NCBI GenBank assembly: GCA_049322915.1
Contig: JBMOPW010000014.1
Span: forward strand, 509,527-573,526
Reading direction: 5' to 3'
DNA: 64,000 bases
From: Candidatus Zhuqueibacterota bacterium
Lineage (GTDB): Bacteria; Zhuqueibacterota; Zhuqueibacteria; Thermofontimicrobiales; Thermofontimicrobiaceae
Shown: in pieces, positions 10,227 to 20,076 of the stretch
Layout of the letters: each line of letters begins with the position of its first letter
Numbering within the stretch: position 1 is the stretch's first letter
Program-made: the position numbers and the translations under genes
Notes under the pieces: generated by a model
What the model was told of the DNA's origin: nothing
The model's database searches: none
The model's input: the letters and a program-made list of their open reading frames with translations, nothing else

Positions 10227-10260
10227 ATCCGTGTCATCTGCGTTTCATGATTTGCCTGGA
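10227..10260 (-). repeat. dispersed repeat copy 1 (inverted relative to 12505-12538)
   Basis: Reverse complement TCCAGGCAAATCATGAAACGCAGATGACACGGAT matches 12505-12538 at 32/34. Confidence 0.8.
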
Positions 10261-10311
10261 ATTTAATCAGTGAGGCGCCCGGATGTAGCGATCCTCAGCA
10301 TTGGGACGGTT

Positions 10312-11064
10312 TCAGCCGCACAGGACGCTGCCTCCGTTCACATTGAGAATTTCACCGGTGATGTGCACCGCCATGTTCGACGCGAGAAAAGCGACCGATG
10401 GCGCGATGTCTTCCGGCTCCGGGATTCGGCGCAGCGGAATGGTGTTTTCAATCTCTTTCAGGTACGCGCCGACGAGCAGATCGCGCGTCATGTCCGTCAT
10501 CACCCAGCCTGGCGCGACCGAATTCACACGTATTTTTCGCGGGGCCAATTCCACGGCCAGCGATTTGGTCAATGAAATCATGCCGCCTTTGGATGCGGCG
10601 TAATGCGAATGAAATGCCTCGCCGCGCTGGCCGGCCGTGCTGGAGACGAACACGATGGAGCCGCCTGTCCCGGGAAACAGCGGCAGGGACTCGCGCGTGA
10701 GATAGAACAGGCTGTTCAAATTGAGGTCGATAGTTCGGCGCAGGTTTTCTGCCGTCATTTTATCGATGTCGCCATCTTCCCAGATGCCGTGATTGACGAC
10801 CAGAATATCCATTCCGCCGAACGTCGTTTTCATCGCAGCGATTAATTTTATGCAGCCGTCCTCTGTGGCCAGGTCAGCCTGAAAAATCGCTGCCTCGGTT
10901 TGCAGCGATTGCTGCACCTGACGGGCGGCCGCTTCATGGCTCGTGAAGTGGATGCCGATCTTGCAGCCCAATTCTGAGAATAGCTCAGCGCAGGCTTTGC
11001 CGATGCCGCGGGAAGAGCCGGTGATCAGGACGCGTTTTCCGTTCAAATCTTCTAAAATTTTCAT
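10312..11064 (-). CDS. short-chain dehydrogenase/reductase (FabG-like)
   Basis: TGSSRGIG, YAASK catalytic motif, RVNSVAPGW, GEILNVNGG. Confidence 0.9.
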   Translation of the reverse strand: MKILEDLNGKRVLITGSSRGIGKACAELFSELGCKIGIHFTSHEAAARQVQQSLQTEAAIFQADLATEDGCIKLIAAMKTTFGGMDILVVNHGIWEDGDIDKMTAENLRRTIDLNLNSLFYLTRESLPLFPGTGGSIVFVSSTAGQRGEAFHSHYAASKGGMISLTKSLAVELAPRKIRVNSVAPGWVMTDMTRDLLVGAYLKEIENTIPLRRIPEPEDIAPSVAFLASNMAVHITGEILNVNGGSVLCG

Positions 11065-11344
11065 TCGGGAATTCCCTCTTTCGTAACTGAGTAGTGTCCG
11101 GGATTAGCATCGATGGAAGCAACGATGTTGGCTAAATGTAATGAATTTGCTCAACATTTTCAATACATATCTGTGGTTATTTGGTCTGGAAAATTCTGAG
11201 CGCCGCTGGCGTCGGCGTTGCATCGCCATAATTTTCCCTTGACTTGCAACCATGTTTGTGGTTATATTGATGCTGTTGCTGCATGAAATATAATTTCCTT
11301 TCAGTGAGTATTCATTAAACCGTTACGAATAAAAGGAGTGTTGC

Positions 11345-12343
11345 ATGGGATCAGCTAATAATTTCAGGGCCTATCTTGTCACAAAGACGGATGGGGAAAA
11401 GGCGACCGGCGCCATCGTGACGCGCACGGTGAATGACCTTCCGCCGGGCGATGTGCTCATTCGTGTCGCGTACTCGTCGTTGAATTACAAAGATGGGCTG
11501 TCCGCGACCGGTTCGCCCGGAGTGACCAAGAATTATCCTCATGTGCCCGGAATCGACGCGGCTGGTGAAGTGGCAGAAAGTCAGGATTCCCGGTACGCGC
11601 CAGGCGATTACGTGCTGGTGACCGGCTACGATCTCGGCGCCAACACGGACGGCGGTTATTCCGAGTACATCCGCGTGCCGGGCGAGTGGGTTGTGCCCCT
11701 GCCGAAAAATCTATCGCTGCACCAGTGCATGATGATCGGCACGGCCGGGTTCACGGCTGCAATTGGCGTGTCGCTCATTCAGCGGAACGGCGTGCTGCCG
11801 GACAGCGGCGAAGTTGTCGTCACCGGCGCGACCGGCGGTGTGGGTAGCATTGCGGTTGCGCTTCTGGCCAAATTGGGCTATCGGGTTGTGGCCAGTACCG
11901 GCAAATCCGATGCTCACGATTTTCTGATGCAATTGGGCGCGACGCGGATCATCGATCGCTCGGAAATGGAGGACATCTCCGGCCGGCCCCTGCTCAAAAG
12001 CGTCTGGGCCGGCGGCATCGACACCGTTGGCGGCAATACGCTGACCACGCTCATCAAATCGGTGAATGTGCAGGGCAGCGTGGCGGCCTGCGGCGTTGTG
12101 GCCGGGCCAAAACTAGACCTGACGGTCTTCCCGTTCATCCTGCGCGGCGTCAATCTGCTCGGCATCGATTCAGCCCTGTGGCCACGGGAACCCCGCCATG
12201 AAATCTGGCGTAAATTTGCCAGCGACTGGAAACTGGATGTTCTGGAAACGATCTCACAAACAATTGTTCTGGACGATGTGGAAGAATATGTGGGCCGGAT
12301 TTTGAAGGGAAAAATTCAGGGCCGAATCGTCATTAAAATGTAA
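11345..12343 (+). CDS. acuI: YhdH/AcuI-family NADPH oxidoreductase (acryloyl-CoA reductase-like)
   Basis: YSSLNYKD, PGIDAAG, IGTAGFTAA, VTGATGGVGS, TVFPFILRGVNLLGIDS. Confidence 0.85.
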   Translation: MGSANNFRAYLVTKTDGEKATGAIVTRTVNDLPPGDVLIRVAYSSLNYKDGLSATGSPGVTKNYPHVPGIDAAGEVAESQDSRYAPGDYVLVTGYDLGANTDGGYSEYIRVPGEWVVPLPKNLSLHQCMMIGTAGFTAAIGVSLIQRNGVLPDSGEVVVTGATGGVGSIAVALLAKLGYRVVASTGKSDAHDFLMQLGATRIIDRSEMEDISGRPLLKSVWAGGIDTVGGNTLTTLIKSVNVQGSVAACGVVAGPKLDLTVFPFILRGVNLLGIDSALWPREPRHEIWRKFASDWKLDVLETISQTIVLDDVEEYVGRILKGKIQGRIVIKM

Positions 12344-12374
12344 TGGAGGCAACTATCAGCTCATGTATTCCAGA

Positions 12375-12437
12375 AGCCGCTGAAGCGGCTCGTTAGCTGG
12401 CTGGTTGATTTTTACACACCACGATAAATCGTGGTGT
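12375..12437. repeat. REP-like palindrome doublet 1
   Basis: AGCCGCT-GA-AGCGGCT, 25-nt spacer, ACACCACGAT-AA-ATCGTGGTGT. Confidence 0.6.
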
Positions 12438-12504
12438 TGATACAATTTTAATCCTGCGCCCATCTTCAGCTTGGTCACTGGAGTATTTAGGAATGGAGAA
12501 AATC

Positions 12505-12538
12505 TCCAGGCAACTCATGGAACGCAGATGACACGGAT
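12505..12538 (+). repeat. dispersed repeat copy 2 (inverted relative to 10227-10260)
   Basis: TCCAGGCAACTCATGGAACGCAGATGACACGGAT, 32/34 to the reverse complement of 10227-10260. Confidence 0.8.
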
Positions 12539-12641
12539 GCTACGCCAAAAAGATGGCCGCGGATCATGCCAGAGGCAGATGCGTCCTTCGGCGGATTTGC
12601 ACAGATAAAATTTTTTTAATGAACGGGTCGATTTTTAAAAG

Positions 12642-12697
12642 AGGCTAAAGCCTAAAAGTCAAAGGTAAATTTATGTTCCCCGACTTAAAAGTCGGGG
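12642..12697. repeat. REP-like palindrome doublet 2
   Basis: AGGCT-AA-AGCCT, 24-nt spacer, CCCCGACTT-AA-AAGTCGGGG. Confidence 0.6.
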
Positions 12698-12715
12698 CTA
12701 TTCAATGTCACGATA

Positions 12716-13000
12716 CTGGAGCAGGCGCGGGCCAAGTATGGCGAGAAGGTCATCGAAGACCTGTCGGCGCGGTTAACGGAACGAAATGGGGCAGGATTCT
12801 CCGAGCGTAACCTGCAGTGGTTCCGACAGTTCCATTTGGCTTACAAAGAACGCATCGCGATTCCGTACCCGCTGGGTACTGAATCTTCGGAGTCGGCAAT
12901 TCTCCACCAAGCGGGTGGAGAATCTTCATCACCCGCACGGACGCACAAAAGGTTTTCGAGAACTTCCCCGAGGCGTGAGTTACGGAAGATGATGAAATAG
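12716..13000 (+). pseudogene. fragment of a DUF1016/YhcG-family (PD-(D/E)XK nuclease-associated) N-terminal domain
   Basis: Frame not in the ORF track reads LEQARAKYGEKVIEDLSARLTERNGAGFSERNLQWFRQFHLAY, matching the RA.YG...LS..L...G.GFS.RNL..RQFY pattern; in-frame TAA at 12686, no start codon, no nuclease domain. Confidence 0.7.
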
Positions 13001-13097
13001 GCTAATCAATCTCTTGCAGAGGACTCGGACAAGCTGCGCCGCACAAGGATGTTTATAAATAGTTTGCAGATTGAATTATTTTACAGAGGAGGACATC

Positions 13098-14252
13098 ATG
13101 GATTTTTCAATTCCTGAACAATATAAAGATGAAGTAATGCGTCTCAGTGAGTTTCTCAGGAACAATGTGAAACCGCAGTTGAATGCCTGGATTGAATCCG
13201 GCGTTATTCCGGATTCGTTTTTCAGGGACATGGGTGAAAACAACTGGCTCGGTTTCACCAGAGCGAACGGACAGTGGACTGAGCAGTCGGTTCTGCTGCA
13301 ATCGCTGCTCATGGAAGAGATTGCGAAATTGTCGCCCGGCCTGGCCATTGCCGTGCTGGTTCAGATTTCATTGGGACTGAAGGGGCTGCACCTTTTTGGG
13401 ACGACCGACCAGAAAAAGCAATTGCTGGGTTCTTCGGCATCGGGTACAATGTTGCTGTGCGTCGGTAACACCGAAAATCTGGCGGGCAGCGATGTGGCCG
13501 GTATTTCCACCTCGGCTGAAAAAGTGACGGACGGCTGGCTGCTCACCGGGGCAAAGGCATTTGTCACCAATGGCAATATTGCCGATTTTTGCCTGGTCAC
13601 CGCAGTCACCGATCCGGATGCTGGGCGCACAAGGCGACTGTCCCTGTTTTTGGTGGACCTGTCGTCGCCGGGTATTTCCAGGCACAAGCTGAATAAGGGC
13701 GTTTGGTACCCTTCAGATCTGACGCGGATTCAGTTGGAAAAGGTACGGGTTCCGGACGAGAATTTGATGGGAACGCGCGGAAAGGGACTCAGCCATATTC
13801 TGGAAATTTTCATGAACAGCCGCATCACCATCAGCGCGCTGGCGTTGGGAACAGCGGTCGGCGCGTTCAATATGGGAATCGAGCGGGCGAAAAAGCGCAG
13901 GGTGTTCGGCAGCCGCGTGATCGATTTTCAGGCGAAGTCGTTCGAAGCCGCGGATTTATATTCTAAAATCGAAGCGGCCCGGCTGATGCTATACCGCGCC
14001 TGCTGGCTCAAGGATCAGGGCATTCGCGATGTGAAACTGGAGGCATCCATGGCCAAGTACCTGAGTGTGGAGATTGCCAAACAGACCAGCATGTGGGCCG
14101 CAGATTTGTTCGGCGCTGTGTCCATTGTGGCCGATCATCCGGTGCACAAATTCCCATTGGATGCCTGGGCAGTGGCGCTTGGAGAGGGGACGCAGGATGT
14201 GCAGAAGCTGGTGATCTCACGGGAAATTCTGAACGAACAGGTGAGAGAATAG
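13098..14252 (+). CDS. acyl-CoA dehydrogenase
   Basis: TENLAGSDV, GAKAFVTNG, RRVFGSRVIDFQ, EASMAK, LGEGTQDVQK; ATG 13098 follows GGAGG. Confidence 0.9.
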   Translation: MDFSIPEQYKDEVMRLSEFLRNNVKPQLNAWIESGVIPDSFFRDMGENNWLGFTRANGQWTEQSVLLQSLLMEEIAKLSPGLAIAVLVQISLGLKGLHLFGTTDQKKQLLGSSASGTMLLCVGNTENLAGSDVAGISTSAEKVTDGWLLTGAKAFVTNGNIADFCLVTAVTDPDAGRTRRLSLFLVDLSSPGISRHKLNKGVWYPSDLTRIQLEKVRVPDENLMGTRGKGLSHILEIFMNSRITISALALGTAVGAFNMGIERAKKRRVFGSRVIDFQAKSFEAADLYSKIEAARLMLYRACWLKDQGIRDVKLEASMAKYLSVEIAKQTSMWAADLFGAVSIVADHPVHKFPLDAWAVALGEGTQDVQKLVISREILNEQVRE

Positions 14253-14317
14253 GCCAGGTCGGTGCGCCTGAATGTGCGGGGAGCGATCTGCAGCCGGGCA
14301 GCCCTTTCAAAACAGGG

Positions 14318-15505
14318 CTATTCGTCCGTCGGCGAATTCTGACTGAAGGCTTCCAGTAGAATTTTAGCCTGAGTGAAAACCATATCCACAGAGATGTTCT
14401 TCATGCATTCCAAATAGTTCGGGTTGGTGCAGGTGACGTACGAGCTGAACGGCTTGTAACAGGGACTGCAAGGCAACTCCACGCGAACCACTTTCATTTT
14501 TGCGGGATCACCCCAGGGACGATTTTTAGCCGGATTGGTCGGGCCGAAAATGCCAATTGTGGGTGTACCCACGGCGGCGGCCATGTGCATTGGCCCGCTG
14601 TCGTTGCTGATAAACAGGCTGCATCGCTGGATGATTGCAGCGGATTGCTTCAGCGAGTACAGGTTGACGATGTTCAGGCAAACCCCATTGGCGCCGATCA
14701 GTTTTTGAAACTGGGATGCCAATTCAATCTCTCCGCTGCCGCCGTCCACGATGATTGAAGCGTTGTAGTCGTTGAATAATCTCATCGCCAGTTCAGCGAA
14801 TCGTTCGAGCGGCCATCGTTTTTCCGGCACCTGGGACAATGACCCGATATGCATTCCGATGATCGGTGGTTTGAGGCCGTTACGCTTAAAGAAATCACGG
14901 GCAAATGCAGTGTGGGATGAGTCCAGATGAAAGAACTGGTCGCGCACCACGACGGATTCCGTCGGTTGAATCAAACGGTACAGATCGAAATATTGATCGA
15001 CCTCGTGTTTTTGATGGTCAACGTGGCAGGCGCGATAGCACAGGAAATCGCTCTGCGAAGTGATTCCGAACGAGTAGGTGAATGATACCAGAAAGCGGGC
15101 GCCGGATAATTTGGCAAGGCAGGCGCCGTAAAATGTTTCGCAATTGAAAGCCAGATCGAACCTGGGCAACGGCGTCCTTCGGGCGAAGCGGAACAGCGCT
15201 GCCAGGTTGTTGAAGTTAAATTCGATGACGTCGCAGTCCGGATAGCCCTGAATGACCTGGCTGGCGCCCCGCGATCGGATGATCACCGTGAAATGTGCGT
15301 TCGGATACCTCGCGCGGAGCGCGGTAATGAGCGGCGTGAACATGATGAAATTGCCGATGCCTCCGATCGGAAGCAGCAGAATATGCTGAATATTCTCCGG
15401 CAGTTTTCTTCTCACATGAAAAATCCGGACGCTCTTCCAGATGCCGTAGAGCGCTGTCTGCCAGAATTTCCTCCAGCCTTTTTTTAACAGATAATTCAAA
15501 TTCAC
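14318..15505 (-). CDS. GT9 glycosyltransferase (ADP-heptose:LPS heptosyltransferase-like)
   Basis: GGIGNFIMFTP..ALRARYP, KRWPLERFAEL, FISNDSGPMHMAAAVGTPTIGIFGPT, C-terminal CSPC...C...CM. Confidence 0.9.
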   Translation of the reverse strand: MNLNYLLKKGWRKFWQTALYGIWKSVRIFHVRRKLPENIQHILLLPIGGIGNFIMFTPLITALRARYPNAHFTVIIRSRGASQVIQGYPDCDVIEFNFNNLAALFRFARRTPLPRFDLAFNCETFYGACLAKLSGARFLVSFTYSFGITSQSDFLCYRACHVDHQKHEVDQYFDLYRLIQPTESVVVRDQFFHLDSSHTAFARDFFKRNGLKPPIIGMHIGSLSQVPEKRWPLERFAELAMRLFNDYNASIIVDGGSGEIELASQFQKLIGANGVCLNIVNLYSLKQSAAIIQRCSLFISNDSGPMHMAAAVGTPTIGIFGPTNPAKNRPWGDPAKMKVVRVELPCSPCYKPFSSYVTCTNPNYLECMKNISVDMVFTQAKILLEAFSQNSPTDE

Positions 15506-15572
15506 AGTGATTCCTCATCGTGAAGGCATGTCGGACTGCAGGATGTCGCCGGGAACGGGTGGATGTCCCGGC

Positions 15573-16709
15573 TCAGTTTTTCATCCGATGCAGCTTCGAT
15601 CCGCCGTAGTAGGTTTTGTACAATTCCATTGCCTGAGACGCCTCCTCCGTTCGATTTCCCTGTGTCAGATAGTCGATCCATTCAGTCAGGATGCGTTGCT
15701 GAAAAACGGATCCGGCATCATCGAGAATGTTCAGGTCGCCCATTTCCAGAATAATCGATCGCGCCCCGGCCCAATCTTTTTGAGCCCACAATTCTTCCAA
15801 CGCCTTCAAAAAAGCTGTATGGCAATTGTTTCGAAAGTCAGAATTGTCCGGGTAGCGATAAAAGGCGTCGGCGAGAATTTCGAACGCTTTATCGAACTGT
15901 CGCTGCCTGAACAGCGCTTCGCCCCAGCGATAGTACAGCGAGAGTTCGAACTTACGGTTGGAACGGGAGTCCTCGTTGAAGCACTGGGCGATTTTCACAT
16001 AGTCGTACGCCTTTTCATAATTGCTTTGTTCGGCATTGAAGATCGCGAGATTGTAGCACATCAGACCCAACAACTCCGTGTTGTCAATTTGCCGGCCGTG
16101 CGAATTTTCAAAGGCATAAAGTCGATGCAGGCCAATCTTCAGTCGCTCCTGTTCCGGGTAGTACTGCGCCAGATAACGCGAGTAGTTGGCCAGATTTTTA
16201 ATGATGTTGAAGCCCATGGACGTTGTGTTTTCAACCATCACCTGCTCGGAGAAATTCGAGAAAATTGTATAGACATGGGTTGGCGTTTCAAAGGCGTCTG
16301 TGTTCAAACCGAATTCATCGCACGCCAAGTTGTAGAGCACAGTGGCGCTCACGCAGTTGAACTCGCGCCGATCTTTAATATCCAACAGCGTGGTGGATTT
16401 CTCCTTGTACTGCCGGAGCCAGGTCGTGTGAAAATAGAGAAACAGGCTTTCCGCGGACGGGAGCCGCTCGAATCGGATGATATTTTTCTCCCGGATATCC
16501 GTCAGAATCGAGTTGTACCAGTCCATCATCTCCCTGAGTGCGTCCGGGGAATCGCTGCCTGAAATGATGCACGCCGCCTCAATGCGGGAAAAAGCATCCA
16601 GTTGGCCGTCGGCGATATCGTCGCTGAGTTTTTCCAGCAACGTCTGGCCCGGGAGATAGGCCGCCCAAAGAAAGAGACACGCCATGAGGAGAATGTGATT
16701 TTTTCGCAT
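15573..16709 (-). CDS. exported transglutaminase-like domain + TPR protein
   Basis: Signal peptide; FNCVSAT (Cys), PTHVY (His), VENT (acid) fit a transglutaminase-like triad; helical TPR-like C-terminal half. Confidence 0.6.
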   Translation of the reverse strand: MRKNHILLMACLFLWAAYLPGQTLLEKLSDDIADGQLDAFSRIEAACIISGSDSPDALREMMDWYNSILTDIREKNIIRFERLPSAESLFLYFHTTWLRQYKEKSTTLLDIKDRREFNCVSATVLYNLACDEFGLNTDAFETPTHVYTIFSNFSEQVMVENTTSMGFNIIKNLANYSRYLAQYYPEQERLKIGLHRLYAFENSHGRQIDNTELLGLMCYNLAIFNAEQSNYEKAYDYVKIAQCFNEDSRSNRKFELSLYYRWGEALFRQRQFDKAFEILADAFYRYPDNSDFRNNCHTAFLKALEELWAQKDWAGARSIILEMGDLNILDDAGSVFQQRILTEWIDYLTQGNRTEEASQAMELYKTYYGGSKLHRMKN

Positions 16710-17091
16710 ATGGACTCCAGCGATTCTTTTGAAAAAATGTGAGGCTTAATGTAGGAAATGTGCAGCAAAATATCAAGCGAATAAATGGATGATGTCCGTC
16801 TTCCTGCTACCGAACCGCGCTGTAATTTCGAAGGGCCTGCCAGCGGAGTAGTTCCGCGCGACTGTTCGCAAACAAGCTTGCGCCCAGCCGGCGCGCTCGC
16901 GGGCAGCGCCGTGAATATTCCAATAATTTCATGAAACAACGGCTGCGCAGGCATATCGTTTGCTTCGGATTGCACAGCAGGCGCTGATTGGTGTTGATTC
17001 TCCGGAATGCGGCGATAAAAATGAAGGCGGTAATTCCTGCCGCGACATCAGTTTTCAATCAGGCTTTCCAAACAACAAATCATAAAGCGAG

Positions 17092-19890
17092 GTGAGAACC
17101 ATGCGTTGCAAAACATGGTGTTTGTGTTTGGCCATCAGTATCTTCGGATCGTCAATGGTCTGGTCTCAACAATCCGTTACTTTTTCATTGAAGCCGGCGC
17201 CAGCGACGCAGTCGGTGTATATCGCCGGCAGTTTCAATGATTGGTCGAAAAAAGCCAATCCCATGACGGATGCGGACGGAGACGGCGTGCTGGAGGCAAC
17301 GCTGTTTCTCGATCCGGGCAGGTACGAGTACCGTTTTCTGGTGGACGATCTGATCTGGATCAAGGATCCGCTGAATCCGGACTGGGGTGGCGAGCGCAGC
17401 AATTCCATCCTCCGGGTGATGTCGAATAAACAGCCGCGATTGACCAATCTTCAGCCGGCCATCGGTTCAGGCGTGACGACGGGACAGCCGTTCATTTCAG
17501 CCAATTACCACGATGGAATTATCCCGAACGGCATTGACATGGCGAACACAAAAGTCCTGGTCAATGGCCGGGAAGTGCAATGCGCGTTCAACGAGAAAAT
17601 GAGTCGAATCGAAGCGTTCCGGCAGACGCTGGAAGACGGTGAGTATCGGGTGGAGATACGCGCCCGCGATTTAGCCGGGAATGAAGCCCGGCCAATCGAG
17701 GGCTACTTCATTGTCAATCAGCAAAATGCCGCGCCCCGCGTTGATGCCGGGTACACGATCATTCGCGCGATCAACTCGGACGTGTATCTGAACAGCGGCG
17801 TCTATTTCGATCCGGACAAGGACCGGATGAGCCGCTACCAATGGAAGCTGATTTCCAAACCGGCGGAGAGCAACGCCAAATTGCGGGACTCGGATACGCC
17901 ATTTCCGCATTTCACGCCGGATGCAGTAGGGCGATATCTGTTCACCCTACACGTGAGCGACGGCAAGGCTGTGAGCGATCCCGATAGCGTGGATGTGTAC
18001 GCGTTCATCGAGCGGGACTATCCGGTGCAATTCCGCCTGTCCGATTCCTTGTTTTCCGGGACGTATGAGGCGTCCATTGAGTCGGTTTCCGTTGTCGGCG
18101 AATTCAACGGCTGGAATCCCGGCGTGAATCCCATGACCAATTTCAACCGGGATGATGAGTGGTCGGCCTGGATCGATCTCGACCCCGGCGAATACGAATA
18201 TAAATTTGTCGTCAATGGCAAACACTGGATTCCGGATCCGGCAAATCCGGCCAGAATTGCCGATGGCTGGAATGGATTCAATTCCATCATGTCCGCGCGG
18301 CTCAATCTGGCGCCGGTGGTTGAGGTGAACGCGGTATTCGGGCCTGGCAAAATTATACTTGACGGTTCCACAAGTCATAGCCAGACCGGGAAAAACCTGA
18401 CTTTTTCCTGGTATCAGGATATCAATAATCCCCAGCGGTACGAAATGGCTCAGACTGATAAAATTGAGTTGACCACGCCGAAAAAAGTGGGCACGTATTA
18501 TTTCTATCTGGTAGTTGTCGATCAATTTGGCAACAGCGCCAGGAAGACCGCTGTGCTCAATGTGGACAAAGGGCGCGTGGATATTCGTGATTTCAGTGAC
18601 TCGCCGGATTGGCCGAGGGACGCGATTGTGTATGAAGTTTTTGTTCGGAATTTCACCCCCGGGGGCGACTTTTCCGGCCTCATGCAAAAGCTGCCCTACC
18701 TGAAAGCGCTGGGGATTAACTGCATCTGGCTGATGCCGGTGATGGAAGGACCCACGAGTCACGGCTATGGCCCGTCTGATTTTTTCACGTCTGAAATCGA
18801 TTACGGAACACTGAATGAATTCCGCACCCTGGTGCAGCAGGCAAAAGCCGCAGGCATCCGGGTCATATTCGATTTTGTCGCCAACCACTCATCGGACCAG
18901 CATCCCTATTTTCTGTCGGCTTTTCAAAATCCGAATTCACCGTACCGCGATTGGTACTGCTGGCAGGATCATCAACAAACAGGGGGCTATTATAGCTATC
19001 AGTTTCACAACGACTGGGACACATTGCCAAATTTAAATTACGAAAATCCCAATGTCCGCCGGTATATATTGGATGTAGCAGAATTCTGGACAAAGACAGG
19101 GATCGACGGTTTTCGGTGCGATGTGGCCTGGGCAGTGCCTCATGATTTTTGGAAATTATTCCGGCGCACTATCAAAAATATCAATCCGGATCTGGTGCTG
19201 CTCAACGAGGTTTTGCCGCGCTCCCCGGCTTTTCACAAGGATGAGTTTGACATGTCCTATGACACGGATTTCTACGGCAACTTGCTGGACGTGCTGAACA
19301 AACGGAAGCCACTGAGCGCCATCGATTTTGGGCTTCAAAAAACTAAAAAGAATTATTCCGCAGCAGCCCAGGATTTTCGCTACATCGAAAATCACGATAT
19401 GGATCGGTTCATCAGTCAATTCGGGTTGGTGAAGACAAAGTTGGCTGCGACGCTATTGCTCACAATTCCCGGAACACCGCTCATTTATTATGGGCAGGAA
19501 ATCGGCCTGCGCGAGAAAACGCCGCTCATGGACTGGTCGCGGCAGGACGATCCGCTGCTGGATTATTACAGGAAACTGATTCTGCTCCGGCGGAATCAAC
19601 TGAGTCTGCGGCGCGGGGACATGGTGAAAGTAGCGACCAATGCGGACGATCAGGTCTATGCCTATCTGCGGAAAAACCAGGGTGAGTCGCTGCTGGTTGT
19701 CCTGAATTTCGGCGATGAACTGGATGCCTGTCAGTTGCTTTTGCCCGACGGAGCTGTTCAGCCAAAAAAACAATTGCGCGTCGAAGACGCCATTACGCTG
19801 GAAAAATATAACATCAATTTTGTGCAGTCGTTGCAGATTCAAATGGCGCTGAAAAAAGAGATGGCCTATGTTTTCAGGATTTTGAACTGA
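17092..19890 (+). CDS. secreted multidomain GH13 alpha-amylase (CBM48 + Ig/PKD + CBM48 + PKD + GH13)
   Basis: Signal peptide; two glycogen-binding modules (VYIAGSFNDW...GRYEYRFLVD; VVGEFNGW...GEYEYKFVVNG); DFVANH, DGFRCDVA, LNEV, IENHD catalytic regions. Confidence 0.9.
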   Translation: MRTMRCKTWCLCLAISIFGSSMVWSQQSVTFSLKPAPATQSVYIAGSFNDWSKKANPMTDADGDGVLEATLFLDPGRYEYRFLVDDLIWIKDPLNPDWGGERSNSILRVMSNKQPRLTNLQPAIGSGVTTGQPFISANYHDGIIPNGIDMANTKVLVNGREVQCAFNEKMSRIEAFRQTLEDGEYRVEIRARDLAGNEARPIEGYFIVNQQNAAPRVDAGYTIIRAINSDVYLNSGVYFDPDKDRMSRYQWKLISKPAESNAKLRDSDTPFPHFTPDAVGRYLFTLHVSDGKAVSDPDSVDVYAFIERDYPVQFRLSDSLFSGTYEASIESVSVVGEFNGWNPGVNPMTNFNRDDEWSAWIDLDPGEYEYKFVVNGKHWIPDPANPARIADGWNGFNSIMSARLNLAPVVEVNAVFGPGKIILDGSTSHSQTGKNLTFSWYQDINNPQRYEMAQTDKIELTTPKKVGTYYFYLVVVDQFGNSARKTAVLNVDKGRVDIRDFSDSPDWPRDAIVYEVFVRNFTPGGDFSGLMQKLPYLKALGINCIWLMPVMEGPTSHGYGPSDFFTSEIDYGTLNEFRTLVQQAKAAGIRVIFDFVANHSSDQHPYFLSAFQNPNSPYRDWYCWQDHQQTGGYYSYQFHNDWDTLPNLNYENPNVRRYILDVAEFWTKTGIDGFRCDVAWAVPHDFWKLFRRTIKNINPDLVLLNEVLPRSPAFHKDEFDMSYDTDFYGNLLDVLNKRKPLSAIDFGLQKTKKNYSAAAQDFRYIENHDMDRFISQFGLVKTKLAATLLLTIPGTPLIYYGQEIGLREKTPLMDWSRQDDPLLDYYRKLILLRRNQLSLRRGDMVKVATNADDQVYAYLRKNQGESLLVVLNFGDELDACQLLLPDGAVQPKKQLRVEDAITLEKYNINFVQSLQIQMALKKEMAYVFRILN

Positions 19891-20076
19891 TTGCGGAGAC
19901 CCTGTTCATAAAAAATGAAAGGATATCGAGGGCGCCCATCGGCCTGAATTTTTTTAAGAAATGCCTGAATCCCGGACCCAATTTCATACCGGACATTCGG
20001 CATAACCACGACATATAGTTCCCAGTTAACCAAAAATTCAATAAAATCTGTAAATGAAATAAAGGAGACGCTTCAG

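Noticed and set aside
15507..16562. Long antisense ORFs (e.g. 15507..16562, 36903..38120, 17947..18888, 52175..53092)
   Set aside because: They lie wholly opposite well-supported genes and show no recognisable motifs
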